Assembly: GCA_040954595.2 (NCBI GenBank)
Contig: CM082589.2
Coordinates: 4,850,213 to 4,914,212, forward strand
DNA length: 64,000 nucleotides
DNA from: Balanoglossus misakiensis
Lineage: Eukaryota; Animalia; Hemichordata
Direction: 5' to 3'
Part shown: positions 1 to 14,300 of the stretch, one piece after another
How positions within the stretch are numbered: the first letter of the stretch is position 1
Layout: each line of letters opens with the position of its first letter
Position numbers and translations under genes: made by a program
Notes under the pieces: generated by a model
Seen by the model: the letters and a program-made list of their open reading frames with translations, nothing else
Told to the model about the DNA's origin: nothing
Database searches by the model: none

Positions 1-3000
1 TAAATGAATGTCACCAGTTCAGGCAGTAGATTAGTACTTTTGTCAAATTCTCAAACGTTGTATTATATCCGACTTCTGTGCGTCCGTGTCGCGTATATCC
101 TCCTAGGAGGCAATCTTGTATTCCCGCGCTTCATCTATGGTTTCTTCAACTTATTACGTGATTAATCTTAAGAGCTGTAAAATGTAACCCTCAAATGCTT
201 CCTCGTTTGACGCATTTTCCGTGTATTACTCATTTAATCCCGTAGTAAATCACTGATTTCGTCAATTTGGTAGATTTTGACAACATAAAAAATGTATGTT
301 GCACTCGAATGCTCCTGGTGGAGTATTAGCATGTATATGTATTCGTATTTGGTACTTACAGCAAATTGTGACGCGGCAGTGCAGTATAGACACAGTTATC
401 AAATTCATGTAAATTAATTACCAGGAGTTGGAATTTAATCAAATATGTTTGCAGTGGGCATGTTCACAAATCATATAGCTGAAAGATCTAGACACTACGA
501 ATTACAGTTTATGCAGTCGGCCTTTTTGCTCTTTGATTTCCTGCGTGGGGGCCGTGCATATTTAACTGTATGTTATGCATAATCAAATAATCTCAGGAAA
601 GCGGACAGTGACCCCCTGAAAGGGCTTTGCATGCATTTAGATTGCAGAAATTGACTGCTGGTTCGTTTTTTATATAATTCGCTGGCAAATTTGAATCTTT
701 TGGGCATGGATACATCTGGGGCGTTTGTAAACGTTATTAAGGGATTCTCCCAGCAATTTTCAAAGATCTTGCCGACATGACTAAGTAGCGTGTACATTAT
801 TTCGATTTTTCGCTGCTGATTTTTCTTGCGTGCTCGTCCGCTCTTTTCTCGTGAACATCTCCTTGTATGATTCACACATGTACTGTACTATCTCTGATTG
901 TTTGTGTCTAGACTATCGTGGCGTTTTCGTCTGCGAATTCTTCAAGTACTGTCAACTATACGTGTTCGCTGGCTTACATTTTGTCGTCTCATCAAAATCG
1001 ATAAATCCAGGTTTGACCATTAAGCAACGAGAGAGTTACAGACAACATGTATGATATATGAATGTTAAATTCGCAGTTAGTGACATGTTGAATTTAACGC
1101 AGCGAGAACGCTTGTCCTCGGCAGTTCTTTTGAGCTCCGTGTCTTTTGTGGAGGAATTCAAATGAACGTAACGCCAAATGGAGATGCGTGCTGGCTCTCC
1201 CTGGCAAGGAGACTGACTGCCTCCCCAATTAGGGCTGTCCTTCAAATCGTCATCCTAACTGCCGTTTCACACTTGCTACCTGTAGCGACGTCTAGGGTCA
1301 CACAGCGACTGAAAGGCGTGATAAAAACGCACGTGGTGCATGAACATGGGGTTTAATTCAAAGCGATACAAATACATGCAGCCTATATTCTATTCTGTCG
1401 ACAAAGATGAATTTGCAGACTTTCTTGCTGCGAAGTTATATCATGAAAATAGCCAACTTTCATACACACATATTCGCTAAAATTAATCATGTACATTGAT
1501 ATGCTGAAACGTACATGTTTGAGGAGAAACAGCATGCATATTGTATGTTTTTAAGAGCTGGCTGGAGCACATGCGATAGAATAATTGAGATAGGCTGAAG
1601 TAGAGTTCGACACCGAGACGCTTTGCAGTCTCTTTTGATACACGTAAGGCTGTGAGCGGACTCTGGTGTCAAGTGATAATTAGGGAAGTTTTAGAAGCAA
1701 ATCAATGCTTGGATTTGTGTTAATACACGAACGGCACAGGGGGCGTTTGATATAAGCAGTGGGCTTTGAGCACCTTAAGTTTGCGAGATTTCAAGTTGAA
1801 ATGTGGGAATCGTATAAAACAGCACGTAGGCATATAGTCAAACTATGCAAATATGCCCATCTCTCATTTATTGGATCGAACTTGCTATATTTATCATTTC
1901 TCGAAGCCATTGTCGGTCAATCTACCTGACGCATAATTTCGCATCTATACTTGTTTCATGCAAAGCCTGACTATATTGTTACTTCGCAAGTAGTCCGTTG
2001 CTACGGTGATTAACCAAATCTCGCGAGATCCTACAAGGAGCAGAAAGTCAACCGTTGGATTGTTTATCGCAACCAATACCCAATTCATCATCATTGCCGT
2101 TGTTTAGCGTCATTATTCACAATCAATTATTGATAATTCAGAGGCCATTGCTTATGAGGTTCTTATCATTCCACGATATGCGTCCGAGCTCAAATATGTT
2201 GGCTTCAGGTCTAGGCATGCATGCAGTTCACTATCGTGTTATGACTTTTTTTATCCAAGTCCTGCGTTCTAGTCTGCATAGTAATTCTTAATCAAAGGAA
2301 ATAGGCACTGCTCCACCGCTGTGGGAAAAACTAACTGCTCCAGGCTATGTTGCTATCACCATTTACCGGGTATTTTTTGTTTTCGCATACTACCGTGGGC
2401 AGTATACAATTTTCCAAATGCCCACTTACATAACCGTACAGCCTGGGGATTTGTGTGTGTCGAAACACGAAAGCTATAGGTTCGAGTCTATTATAGAAAG
2501 AGAGTACAAACAACTTCAGCTGCAGTCCCCGGGTGATATTGAAATAAGCCGTTTAGCTATCGATGTCAGCAGAGACCCGTCTTATTGCAACACCGAAGTG
2601 GTATAATATCACTTACATAACACTTACCCGGTTCTTATGGAGAAACCTGTACACTCACTGTAGCCCAGACTTTTTTTCCCACAAACTTAAACATTGAGCG
2701 TGGTCGACATGAGTCTTGGATTTCGACCGTGAGATGTGGAAACACCCATTTCGCTTACATGTGACATTTCCTGGGATAAAACTCTCTTCAATTTGTTACA
2801 AACCAATAAATCATCAGTCGGTGATTGGGGAGGCCATTGTGCTCGATTTCCCAAAGAAAAGAGCGGATAATGTACACTCAAAGTAACTGATTGATGAAAA
2901 AAAGGTACAGTGCGTCACTCTTTGCACGAGCGTACATGTAATGGCTTCTACGTACTGCGTCGGAATTTCTCTGATTAAGTTCAAATCTCAAGTGAACAGT

Positions 3001-6000
3001 CTATTCATTCTATTCAGTTTGTTACATACGGGAATGGCGGTATCAGTCCAGATTATTTTCGTATCAGAGCGCGTTTGAGGTAAACAGGGATTTAATAACC
3101 ATTTCAGTTTGTCGTGTGATTTGATCAATATAGTGACAAATAGGCTGTTGTCGCGCCAGTGATGTCTTTTAGGCGACTGGATCTGGGACTTGTCTTTTAA
3201 CGTTTACTGGGCTCACAATCCCCTTCCTTACAAGAGTGGCTGAAAAGGTATTCAAAAAATATAATCAGATCATTTCCATAGTTTCGGATGAATGACGGTC
3301 TCGTCAAATCAAAAGTAAACGTGACGAATGTCGCGTTGCTGTGTCAAAGTTCAGAGCTCGAAGTTTCCAAGTTAAGGCTGTATTTCTGAGGCAATATAGG
3401 ATGCCGTACGGTTAACGTTTATAGAAGTGTGGTTTTGCATATCACTCGTTACGTAGCCAACTGTGAGAAACTCGTAAAGACACATACGCATCTTATACGT
3501 ATAGTAAGAAGTATGTGTTTGCAAGGATATGTGTGGTCATGTCGTAAAAATCCCGTCTGGTCCTAAGCGGGCTCAGCCAACACCTGAAAACCGTTATTAA
3601 AATGTACGGAGACGAAATCAAGCAGAAAAGAATGGCCAAGTAAATATCACTTCTTCAACTATTAAAATTTTAATTACGACGACCGTTTCTTTAAAAAGGG
3701 CATACCCGCAATCCTTCCTCACCCAAGGTGCCAACAGTTTGTTGATTAAAAACTCGACAATTGCAATGACGTATTGTGGAGTCAAATATGTCGAATCCTT
3801 TTCCCTTCTAGTGATAGGGAAACAATCACAATCTGTAATAAAACGTGAATGACGTCACAGGCAAGTGTTCAATTTTAATCGGTTTCCTGTCAGTCGCCAT
3901 ATTACCGCGTGTGGAAATACATTTTTTGTGGTTTTGTATTAAAACTGTCATCGTTTTCGTGTCTTTAGAAATGTTTCCCCTGTAGAACTGTTGTCTTTGT
4001 GTTTTACCGCCATGAACTGCACGGGAGACGTCTTATCAATTTTCAGGATCTGTGATTTGAAACCCCCACCTTGCAATAAATATAAGAATACTTGAGGATA
4101 TGCAAATTCTGAAGGATATGTATTTATAGCAAAACTGCAAACTCTTGACATTTACCAAGTAGACTTGACTTAAACGCGGTCTGGGCTTACATGATACATG
4201 CACATATGCAAAACTTTAGAGTCGATGGTAAAATCGAACGATTAACACACCTTCTGAGAGTTGCTGTACACACGGTCTTAACACGATATTGGCCAGTGTG
4301 GGCGGTCAAATATCAAAGTTCATGTTGGTGAAATTAAAAAGTTGTCATCTGGAGAATGTTTTCAATGTTACCATAAACATGAAGATGAATGTGACAGTGT
4401 CAGTAGAGTGGTTGTTTAGGGGGGTGTCTTTACTATCACAGCGGAGAATCCCACGAGTCCCATCATCCGGGTGTTTGTGGAACGCCTGGCGGTGGTGAAA
4501 GAGCATGCGCGTTATCGCCGTGGCCCGACTAATCATCTAAATGGGTAATTGATGTTTAGCGAAGTGTTTTGAGGTACAGTTAGATAACAAATCAGAGCGG
4601 TTGTAACAGAGAGTTATCGGACTAAGTGCGTCAGAGGGCTAGCGTTTAAGACGCAAAATAGCGGCCATTTTTGAGCGATGGGTCTGTGATCTCCCCGGGC
4701 TCAGTTATTAATCAAAGGTTAACGCCGTTCACGTAGCTCCAATTAATTGTGCTACTAAGTACTACATTGCCATCAGGTCGTCGTGTACTTTAGTTCTGTG
4801 TCGTCACGTGTTGGTATCTTGTCTCCCTGATGTATATCCGGTGGTAGCATCGTACTTCTGTCCCTCTTGATTGCGTAGATCGCACTTTCTCCCCGCACAG
4901 ATATTCATGAGCTGTGCATCTATCACCCCATCAAATCTTCCACCTCCGGAACGCAATTTGAATCCAGCACAGTTATCAATGCAGCGCAATATCATTCCCG
5001 CTACCCCTCACTTCCCAATCAGATGAAAAGTGATTATAGCCGTGATAAGTGGTAAAATAATTTTGTTTGGTCTCGTGTGACTTTAATTCCAGGTAATGAT
5101 ATTGAATGATAGCTCACGCCATCTTTCCAGCGCGATCCAATCTTTTGAACTTTAATTGGCAACTTTCGAATCTGTGAATGTGTCGACGGTTGAGCGTACT
5201 TGCCAGAGACTTTGTTGTGTGCGTCGGCCAATGGTATTCGATCGATTTCCTTTAACGGTTTACATCGCCGTGGAATTTCTGTAAACTTGTGCAAACAAAA
5301 AAGTAATGGGGACTTTTCCCCACAGATTTTCCTGTTGAAAGCTTGTTTCTCTTTCGTCAACATTGGATAAAAGTGGCCTTTGCCTTTCAAAATGCATAAT
5401 CACCGGCAGAAGTTCTTGCCCTTTCTCGGAAAAGCTAGACAGCGATTTCAGATTTTTTTATCCGTACATATATCCCCCAATGATGTTTATTATTTTTAGC
5501 AACACATGACAACATTAGCTCTAAACATCCGTAAGGTTGCCTTTTCATTCTGACGAACGTCTAGGCTATTTCTTTTATCGACAGTAATGTCAGTGTCTGT
5601 CATATAAATTTCAAGTGTCTTTGTATCTCGCACGTACACATATACGAGTACTAGTTGCAGAAATTTCGCGTGTACGTTTTCATCTCTCTCTTAACTCACG
5701 ATCGTCTGTGCAGTTGTTTTGTTCCTATATGGCCTGGTTTCCATTTCATAGTCTTCTGGATCTCTCTACGTTGATATACCTACGAGTTAAGTTTGAACTG
5801 AAGTAGGATTGGCATATCTTTGTGATTGTTAGAATTCCTGGCGCAAGATTATTGGTAACACCGCGTCACCACAACATACATTCAAACTTCAGAATATGAA
5901 AGCGTGACACAGATGCACACGGTGAATTATATACACATCTTAACTCCTCTGTGCTTGGCTGCAGCACTTACTTTTTGGAGTGTCAAGCGACGTCCGGTCC

Positions 6001-6550
6001 GGGTTCCGGTGTACTTTTTGAGTTTCACACAATGGCAGCACCGAGTCATTAATTGAGTCGTGCCTCGACAGTTTATTGTTGGCTTTTAAACTGAAGTCTT
6101 GTTATCAAGGGCCTTCCGTTCTCGAGGGCTTTTTAGATGCCTGTTACCGCGTTTGCTGCTGCGCGCGTCGGTGTATGTTCAGGTGCGTTATCCAAACACG
6201 ATGTTGATCTCCTCGCGATTTTCATACATCCTCACAGCGCGTTTAACAAGATTAAGAGATCAGTTGCCGTGATGGCCGGATGATTAAAGGTGGCCATGAG
6301 TACCACCATTCGATGGCATAGTTGTTTTGCTATTTTCTGCGTGTACTGGTTAAGCAGAGAACGCGAATTCCGAAGACCCACATGTGAACGGGCGCTCATA
6401 TAGTTTCTGCACTCATCGTTTTGGGCACATTGCTACACATAGCGAGAACCATTTGAAGAAACACGAATGCATTGAAAGACTGACCATCTTCGCCTGCCAA
6501 TGTCTTGTTCTCCGAGTCAAAGACCTCGCGTGCGAGCGGACTGTAAGAGG

Positions 6551-6620
6551 CAGACAGTCAGACAGATAGGCCGACAAGCAGACAGACAGACAGACAGTCA
6601 GTCAGCCAGGCAGACATACA
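6551..6620. repeat. Imperfect (GACA)n microsatellite
   Basis: cagacagtcagacagatagg...gacagacagacagacagtcagtcag. Confidence 0.7.
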
Positions 6621-9600
6621 TATATACCGATAGACAAATATTTCACTTTACACTACATTGAGTGACGTCGTTGAACCCACTGCAAATTAATTTCATATGG
6701 TCCATGTTATTGTAATTTGCTCATACAAAACCAGCCGTTCGGATAATTTGATTTCAATATGACTCCAGATAATCATGTTGGAACCAGACAGAGAAAGCCG
6801 AGAAACCCCAAAACATATCATTACGACGGGCCTTCAACCATGACAAACTGGGATTTAATGTCATTTTACTTATGTACATGTGAACGCATTTCGTCTTTCT
6901 TGGAAAGTAATAGCCTTGGGGACATGTTTGACATTTGCTTTGGGCGACGTACGATTCAATACGCTCATTCACGCCAGTTCCACTTGCATCAACACGTTTG
7001 TAAACACCATAAGCTTAAACAGCAAATGAATTTATCGTGTGTCGGGTCCTGTGAAGGCTCTGTCGCATCCCCGCCGTCGCAGTTCTGTTTACATTGCTGC
7101 GAAAAATCTTCTGTGTATTGGTGCTATGTATATACGAGTGTGTTACGGGGTATGGCGTTTCTTTGATGTACCAGTGCCAGAATGCCAGAAATTACACTAC
7201 TGTATAGGCATGTACCATCAGAACTGTTTCACGTCAGATGGTGCAGGCCCTGACATCCGGGGTAGTCACAAGGATTGTCAAAATGTTTGGTCTGGTTTTG
7301 CTCCGGGTATGTCCTGGAGTCGGTCTGTGTATTTACTACATGTATTTGGATAACCGTCGAGTGATCGATGGTACACGTAAGTGCATGGCAAAGGGTACTT
7401 TTGGCTCTACTTTCGGAGTGCGGGAGTGTGCTTGATAGTTTCATAACGTCAGGAACACAAAGGATTAGCGACTCCGACTTGGCAATGCATTTTATTTACA
7501 ACCATTATTGGAGAGATTGATATACCCTTTCCCCATGCAAGCGCAAAGAATGCATTTGGTGAATGTCTTTTTTGACACTTAAGTGGCGTTGGTCGCCATC
7601 GCTTACCGGTGTACGAATGATCTCTGACACTTTAAAAGGGAACCGCCGAAGCAAATGGCGAACCAAGTAATTCCCATTTCTAGAGGTCGTAAATATTATT
7701 GTTGAAAATTACTGTAAGAGCTACCTCTCGCTACATTTCATGCCATTAATAACATAAATGTAAGTATGAACACGACATAATGCCTTTTAATAGTTTCAAG
7801 TTCAAGGCCAGTAATTCGCGATATCTGGTTCTGACATGTTTATCTTGCGAGATTATCTCGACCTAATGAAATTTACCGCCGGGGTCATTTCATCACGAAT
7901 ATATGTAACTATATTCCTCTAAAATGAAGAATAATATTAACTGTATTAACTCGAGAAGAGTGCTCACGCTGTATACTTAATTCAGTTTATCGTCGTCAGA
8001 GAGAAAATTTACAATTCAAATGTTTAATACACTATTGCGCTATTGTAATATTACATTAACATAGTGTAGTCCTGAAGATTGCGATAATTGAAACACAGCA
8101 TAAACTTTTCCTAACGCGTTTCCGTGAATTTAATCTGACCTCTAAGATGACCCGAAGGATACAGTTTTCCCCAATTTCCAAAATAAACATCGGGCTGGTT
8201 CATTAACATGCCGACCACGACACAACTTTGACAAATTGTGCTTGACATAAATGGCATTTGACGTAAATTGCGTCTACCTTATTTATAGAAATTCGTCACG
8301 TATATAAATCCCTGTATGTATGAAGACCCTTTGGCTTCGAGGGCGCCCTAAGAGAACTATCCACGGGTCTTGATATTTCCTTGAGTTTTTGCATGGCACG
8401 GATAAATTTTAACCATTGCTCCATAGTCGACATCAAGCAAAGAGACCAGTAAGTGACCCAGATGTTTCGAAAGTTGTTAACCTGTGCGCGGCAACTTCGT
8501 GCCATATGTCGTCCGCTCGAGGTTTATACAAGATGCCCTATACAGTATATCAACCTGTTAAAGGGCGCATACTTGTGTTGGTCGACTGATTGCAAAACAG
8601 GTCTGTTGTGATTAGGATACCCTGTCGTGGCTGTATCAGGTGGCATCTTGGACAACGTTACACTCACAAAGTTATGTTCAATACACCGTGCATTTACCTG
8701 GGCTCGCACAATCTCGTGTCATGCATGAGAAGTGATACCACTTAGGCAGTTAGGCAGTTAAAGGAAAGTAAAACTTTACAGGTTTCTGTTTGCAATAATG
8801 GCGCGAGTACTCGATACGGGTGACATGCTTTGGCAGCAGAGATTTGTAAATATTTAATAACACTGAATGTATGTCAAGTGCTGGAGATGTGTCTGCTTTC
8901 CTACAGAATGACGCTGTCGTTAAGTGATACGCGTAACTGACATTAAAAACAAACCTCTCGTGTCGAAAGAGGGTTTCCTTGCATGTGTTGAAAACTAATG
9001 AGTCACTGAAAGGGGTTACAAGATATAACTACACGTGGGCGTGTGGTTGAGTTTAAAGTACGTCAGTATCTGCTTCTTCACCGATCTGTTTCTCTCAAAG
9101 ATTGAAACAAAACTGTAAACTTGGACAACATGGAAGATACGCCAATTATTCAAGGTGGTGTCGAATAATATGCGCGAAAGAGTTAAAAACATGCCACGTA
9201 TAAAAGGAACGTAAAATGCTCTCATCTTTTTACGATGGACAGTTTACGAGCTTGTCGTCAGAGGGAAATGTATTAAAATCTATGGTGCAGATTTTGTATT
9301 GGAAGAGCACCACACATTTTCTTTTACTCGTCATTATAGACTTTTGGTTTCGCTGCCGTGTGATATACAGCTGTGACCCACCGTGTTTTTATCGCCCGTT
9401 ACATTCGCTTTAATATCATGACCTTTTACTCACGACTAGATAACCAGGATTTATTCTTCCGTTGTTTTTTGATGGCGATGCTCTTGATATATTAAAGCGA
9501 CGGTGTATACCAGAATGCAAAATCACAGCACTATTGCGTGCTTATTACCTCATTTCACTCAGATGGTGATTCAACTCAATAAAAGCGCGGAATTTCCTCG

Positions 9601-11282
9601 AAACGATGCTTTTTATTACGCTATCCAGTAACGAACTTCTGCGAATATTACCTAGCCAAAATGTCATCGGTCGTAATGAACGCAAGACTGCGAGTATAAC
9701 TTCTGACCCTCAAATGAAAGGGACGACAACCCCAAAAGCTAGTCTTCGTGGTCTAGTCGGTAAGGACGACAACGCAATCCCGGTGGAAGGGCAAGAAGTT
9801 CTCGACTGCGCTGTTTTTGCATTCATATATCATAAAATTGCACCATTTCAGTCAGAATTCAACATGGCTTGCATGATTTACTCCAATCCTGATTTGAATA
9901 TTGCACCACTGCGTGTATATCTGCCATTCTAGCAAGTTGTCTCAACACACAGCAATGCAGTCACCAACCAGCTAGGTGCATACCGGTTGTACATGTACAT
10001 GTCATATCTCTTTACTGTGTTTATGACTATTTTACTAGCCTGTGCCACAGTGTGCCCTTGTTTTATCGCTGATAGCTAGATTTTTTTCTATTTAATGGAC
10101 TCGTAGTCAACTAAATTATTGTTAATCTTCAGCCCATTACTAAATATATTTACCTTGTTCCATTCTCCTCTGGCCTTAAAGCAATTTTCTGACCTCACTG
10201 GAATTCCATACTTCTGTTCTAATGTTCGTCAATTTCTGCAAGTAACAGTGGGTAACACGGGAGCATAATACGCATACACTGTATGTACATTTGCGTGTTA
10301 TTGTTGTCGTTGCGGTACTACTAGCTGGATCTGTTTATTTTGCAACTTCTTAAATATGTATATGTAATGGACACCTTGGCTTTATTTTACAATATTACAA
10401 GTACATTGTACAGGTTAAAGCGCCAGTGGCCAGGTTCTAGTCTAATGTATTTATGTAGAGTATACACGCAATAATTGCGCAGGATATAAATTCCCATAAA
10501 GTTGTGATCACAAAGATTACAACGATTGATGAAGGGCACACGTACTATAAAGCTACGGCGATATCCTCAAGGACTAAACTGTTTGGATAGGTATAGCGTT
10601 GTTCTATTACCAACTAATCTGTATAAAAATCTTATCAATAAATATGTCAATCTTGTCTAACTGGTTTCAGTTTTAAAAACGAACCCACAAAGTTTGCTTT
10701 AAGAGCGATTAATCGCGCTTGTCTGACAGGATAATTTACTTCTCTGCTGCGAACATTCACTGGAGAATATAAAAAAAATGCAACGACCTTTTTTACGCAT
10801 CTGCTAATCGACCAACTTTATGTACTTTATTACTTTTACCTTGCCCGAAGTAGAATGTGATTACGAAATTGTAAACATGCTGTGTGCGTCTTTTACGACG
10901 AATACTCGAAAAAATAAAACTGCCGTGTTTTGGAGAGAGATTGTTCGGCAGCTTTAAGAGATAAAGTGATTGCATACTAAAGCACACGACGAGCTCTGTA
11001 TTTCAAAAAAGTCATGTAGAAAACGTACACCCATGTGATATTCAGCCCAGAATGCATGCAGTGTTATTCATCGATTGGTAACTGCTATTTGGGATAACAA
11101 GATTATTCGTTGTCAACATCTTGTAAATAAAGATGGTTTCACCTCAGTGGTATCTCGCGTAGCTATCCCCAGATATATAAGAGAGAGACTGAGTAAAAGC
11201 AACTGTCCAGTTTTGTATGTCTATAGAGAATCCACTCTGAAACTGAAAGTACTATGGGCCAACATGTGCAAAGGCAATCGCC

Positions 11283-11335
11283 TTGGCTCGGTTCGACTCT
11301 GTTCGGCTCGGTTCGGCTCGCCTCGGCTCGGCTTG
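11283..11335. repeat. Degenerate pentamer repeat (GGCTC/GGTTC)n
   Basis: ggctcggttcgactctgttcggctcggttcggctcgcctcggctcggc. Confidence 0.7.
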
Positions 11336-14300
11336 TGAGAGCCCATTCCCTGTCGGTAGACATTACCACAGGCTGTTCAACTGGCTCTTTAGGAAAATCT
11401 ACTCTCCGTAATACTCCATTTCGGCAATTATAAACATATGCCTACGAGAATAACTCCATTTTCAGTCTGAGTACTGACGTTTCTGGTTTACGTCACGCAC
11501 GCAAAAAATGGGATTCTTTGAAGCAATATGTTTTCACGTTTTGCATGTAGGGCTGTTAATCATCTTGAATCAGAGTTTATATAAGCTTATCTGGCAGAAA
11601 GATATTACACGGACTGCCAGAGTATTAATAGTAAGTTACGGAGATTCCCATCTTACGTGCTTTATCTGGATCGCAAGATATGGTTTCTGACTCTCTGTCA
11701 TTAGCATAATTGTCTTCACCATAATCTTTATACCCAATTTCATTCTAGTAATTGATTGCCAAGGGTTGTCTGTTACGTCACGTTTCGCTGCCGGGCTTTT
11801 CCTCTGCAATTACACTGGAATGAACAGAGCTCGTTTTATACGCGATGTTTGTGGGGTTTCACAAAGCTGCGTATCGTGAAGTAATCCTTTCTACACGTGC
11901 TGTGATATTATATGTCTCAAATATTTTCGTTGTTCGGGTAAATAAATGCCTGTCAATTTGCACTGCCATAAATTGATGTTTACTGAATCGCGTTAGGAGT
12001 CCCATCACATTGATGATGATAGCATTATGTGCAGCACAAAAGTTAACAACTCAATGATTTGTAATATGAGCAAAATGATGGAACAGCTTTTCGCAGCTAA
12101 AAGTTCTGCTTTTCCGGATAGCATATAAAACTCGTCAAGAAAATTTTGCTGTGTTTTTTTTGTGTGTGTGCAAAAGAAATCAGTATGACACGAACACTAA
12201 TTTAGCTTCAAGACATGTGTTTGATAAAAATAGCAGAAATCCAGGATTTGCAATTGTGTCAAAAGCATTTTAACTCGTCTATATATAGGTAGCAAAAAAC
12301 TATGTAAGGCAGCAGGGTTTTTTCATCTTTTACCTGACTCGACGTGATGGATTTGTGTTCAGCAGATGGATAAAGAAACTCTTACTAATTATTCCCTCGT
12401 TTCTGGCCACCCATTTCCTGAAACCCCGGATATTCTTTCCGAATGAATCGCCACGAAAAAGGGCCTGGCCATCTGCTGTGGAAATTAATTTTAGCGCACT
12501 TCTGACTTTGAGCGTGGGCTTGTCATTGGGGCCCCCGGGGTCAAAGCTGAGTGTGCATTTAGCGGCGATGGTTCGGCGCTGAACGGTCGTCGGTCAAACC
12601 AGGATCTCTTTGTAGCTAACAGAAATATAACTATTTGCATTTTAACTCCTTACCCTGTAGGACAGAATTAACCCTACCTTTTAGTATCTACATTATGTTT
12701 TAATAGAGCTTAACTGGATGTTGTCCGCCCAAATCTGAGTTCACCATTCCCCGCGGTTGTTTAACTCTGCAATCTACGCCCACTGTATTCAAATCGGGCC
12801 GAGTTGAGAGATGGATCGATTTGGGGTCCATGGTCCAACTGGAATTTGAATGGATGCCCAGGGTATCGAAATAATTGGTAGTGGGCATATCGTGGAAAAC
12901 CGGGTCAATGTTTCTTCGCTGCACTATACGTGCATAAATACTTTGAACCGAGGGCTCCTTGTCATTATGCCAGTTGCTGCTATAGGCCTTATGTTATCAC
13001 AGACACTATATTCGTACGGTACCCATTGGAAATCTAACCGATGGTTGCAATTTTTGGCTTTAATATAATCAGATGTGAGCCGAGTGTGCCCCATGGCCGT
13101 TTAACCGTCATGTGCCAATATTATTTATTAATATGAAAAAGTAACAGTGAAAGTGCCTTCGGGTTGAGAAGTTTGAGCAAATTTTGGGGCAGTTGGTATA
13201 CCTATAGGGACTTCTATCAATAAGTTCAAAGTCGAATTCAGCGTGCAATGGAAAGTTGTATAAGATTCGAAAAATTCCGTTCATCAAACGAGGACTGCTT
13301 CTAGTTCCTGTCTCAATAAACAAGAGATTTGTTGCGACTTTGATTGACCAAACGGGGCTACGCAATGCGACTCAAAATTGTCTATACACATCCAATCTTA
13401 ATAGTAAATCTCCAACGGCGATGAGTTTACGCTAATCTATTAGGAAACCGTTTTTCTCAGGAGAAAATGTGAAGCGACATAAATGAAAAAAAATCGTGCA
13501 AGCTGTGGAAGCCGCCAATACCAGATCACGGTGTTCGACGTAATTTGTGACCTTTCGAAAAATAAATCATCAATTTATCAGCTCCTAGAGTATTACGGCG
13601 CAATAGTTGTGTTCCCCCTGTTCACATGATCAATCATGGTGATCAGTCGATTAATCTGTCTCACCCGACCCCGTCGTCGCTCGCATGTGTAAAACGCAGT
13701 CTGGGGAAATCTGCACATGCTCTCATCACGATCAAACACTGCCGGTAGTTTTGCACAAGCGTGTCCTGGGAGAGATTCGCATCCGATTGCTGGATCTGCT
13801 GGCTGCTACGTATACACGCAGCGGTGTGATCTACGGCGTCTTTGCGTATTTCATCCCCCGTTCCATTTTTTTAATGACTGCCGCATTTTTTTCGACAACG
13901 GGTACCGGTCTCAACCAAAGAGTTTACAATCCCGGGCGATCGAAAGGCGGATAATCCGTTTACTGGTTCCCCAGTGATGGGACCCGTGATTTATTACAAT
14001 CGATTCTATTGATGTGGCTCTCATCACAAAACCCTGTTCAATTAATAAGTAAACCTCGTCGGTAGATTTCATCGCCTACTTTCCCATATCGGCAGTAAAT
14101 CTTTTATATATGACCAGCTTTGCTCCAAAAGCTATCAATGTAAGATTTCTTTCTTTTTTCGGATAGTTTTCTACACTACACCGTCTGATATCTGCAAACG
14201 CAAAAAGGGGGTCGGTCTGTCACGTAAAATATGTCCCCCACCCCCGCCTAATGCGCGTTGTTAAAATGTTGCCCTCGCCTAGAATAGGTTTATAGAATGC

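Noticed and set aside
6759-7444. Cluster of overlapping 65-135-aa ORFs
   Set aside because: No recognisable domain, no GPCR TM1-TM2 motifs and no consistent splice structure
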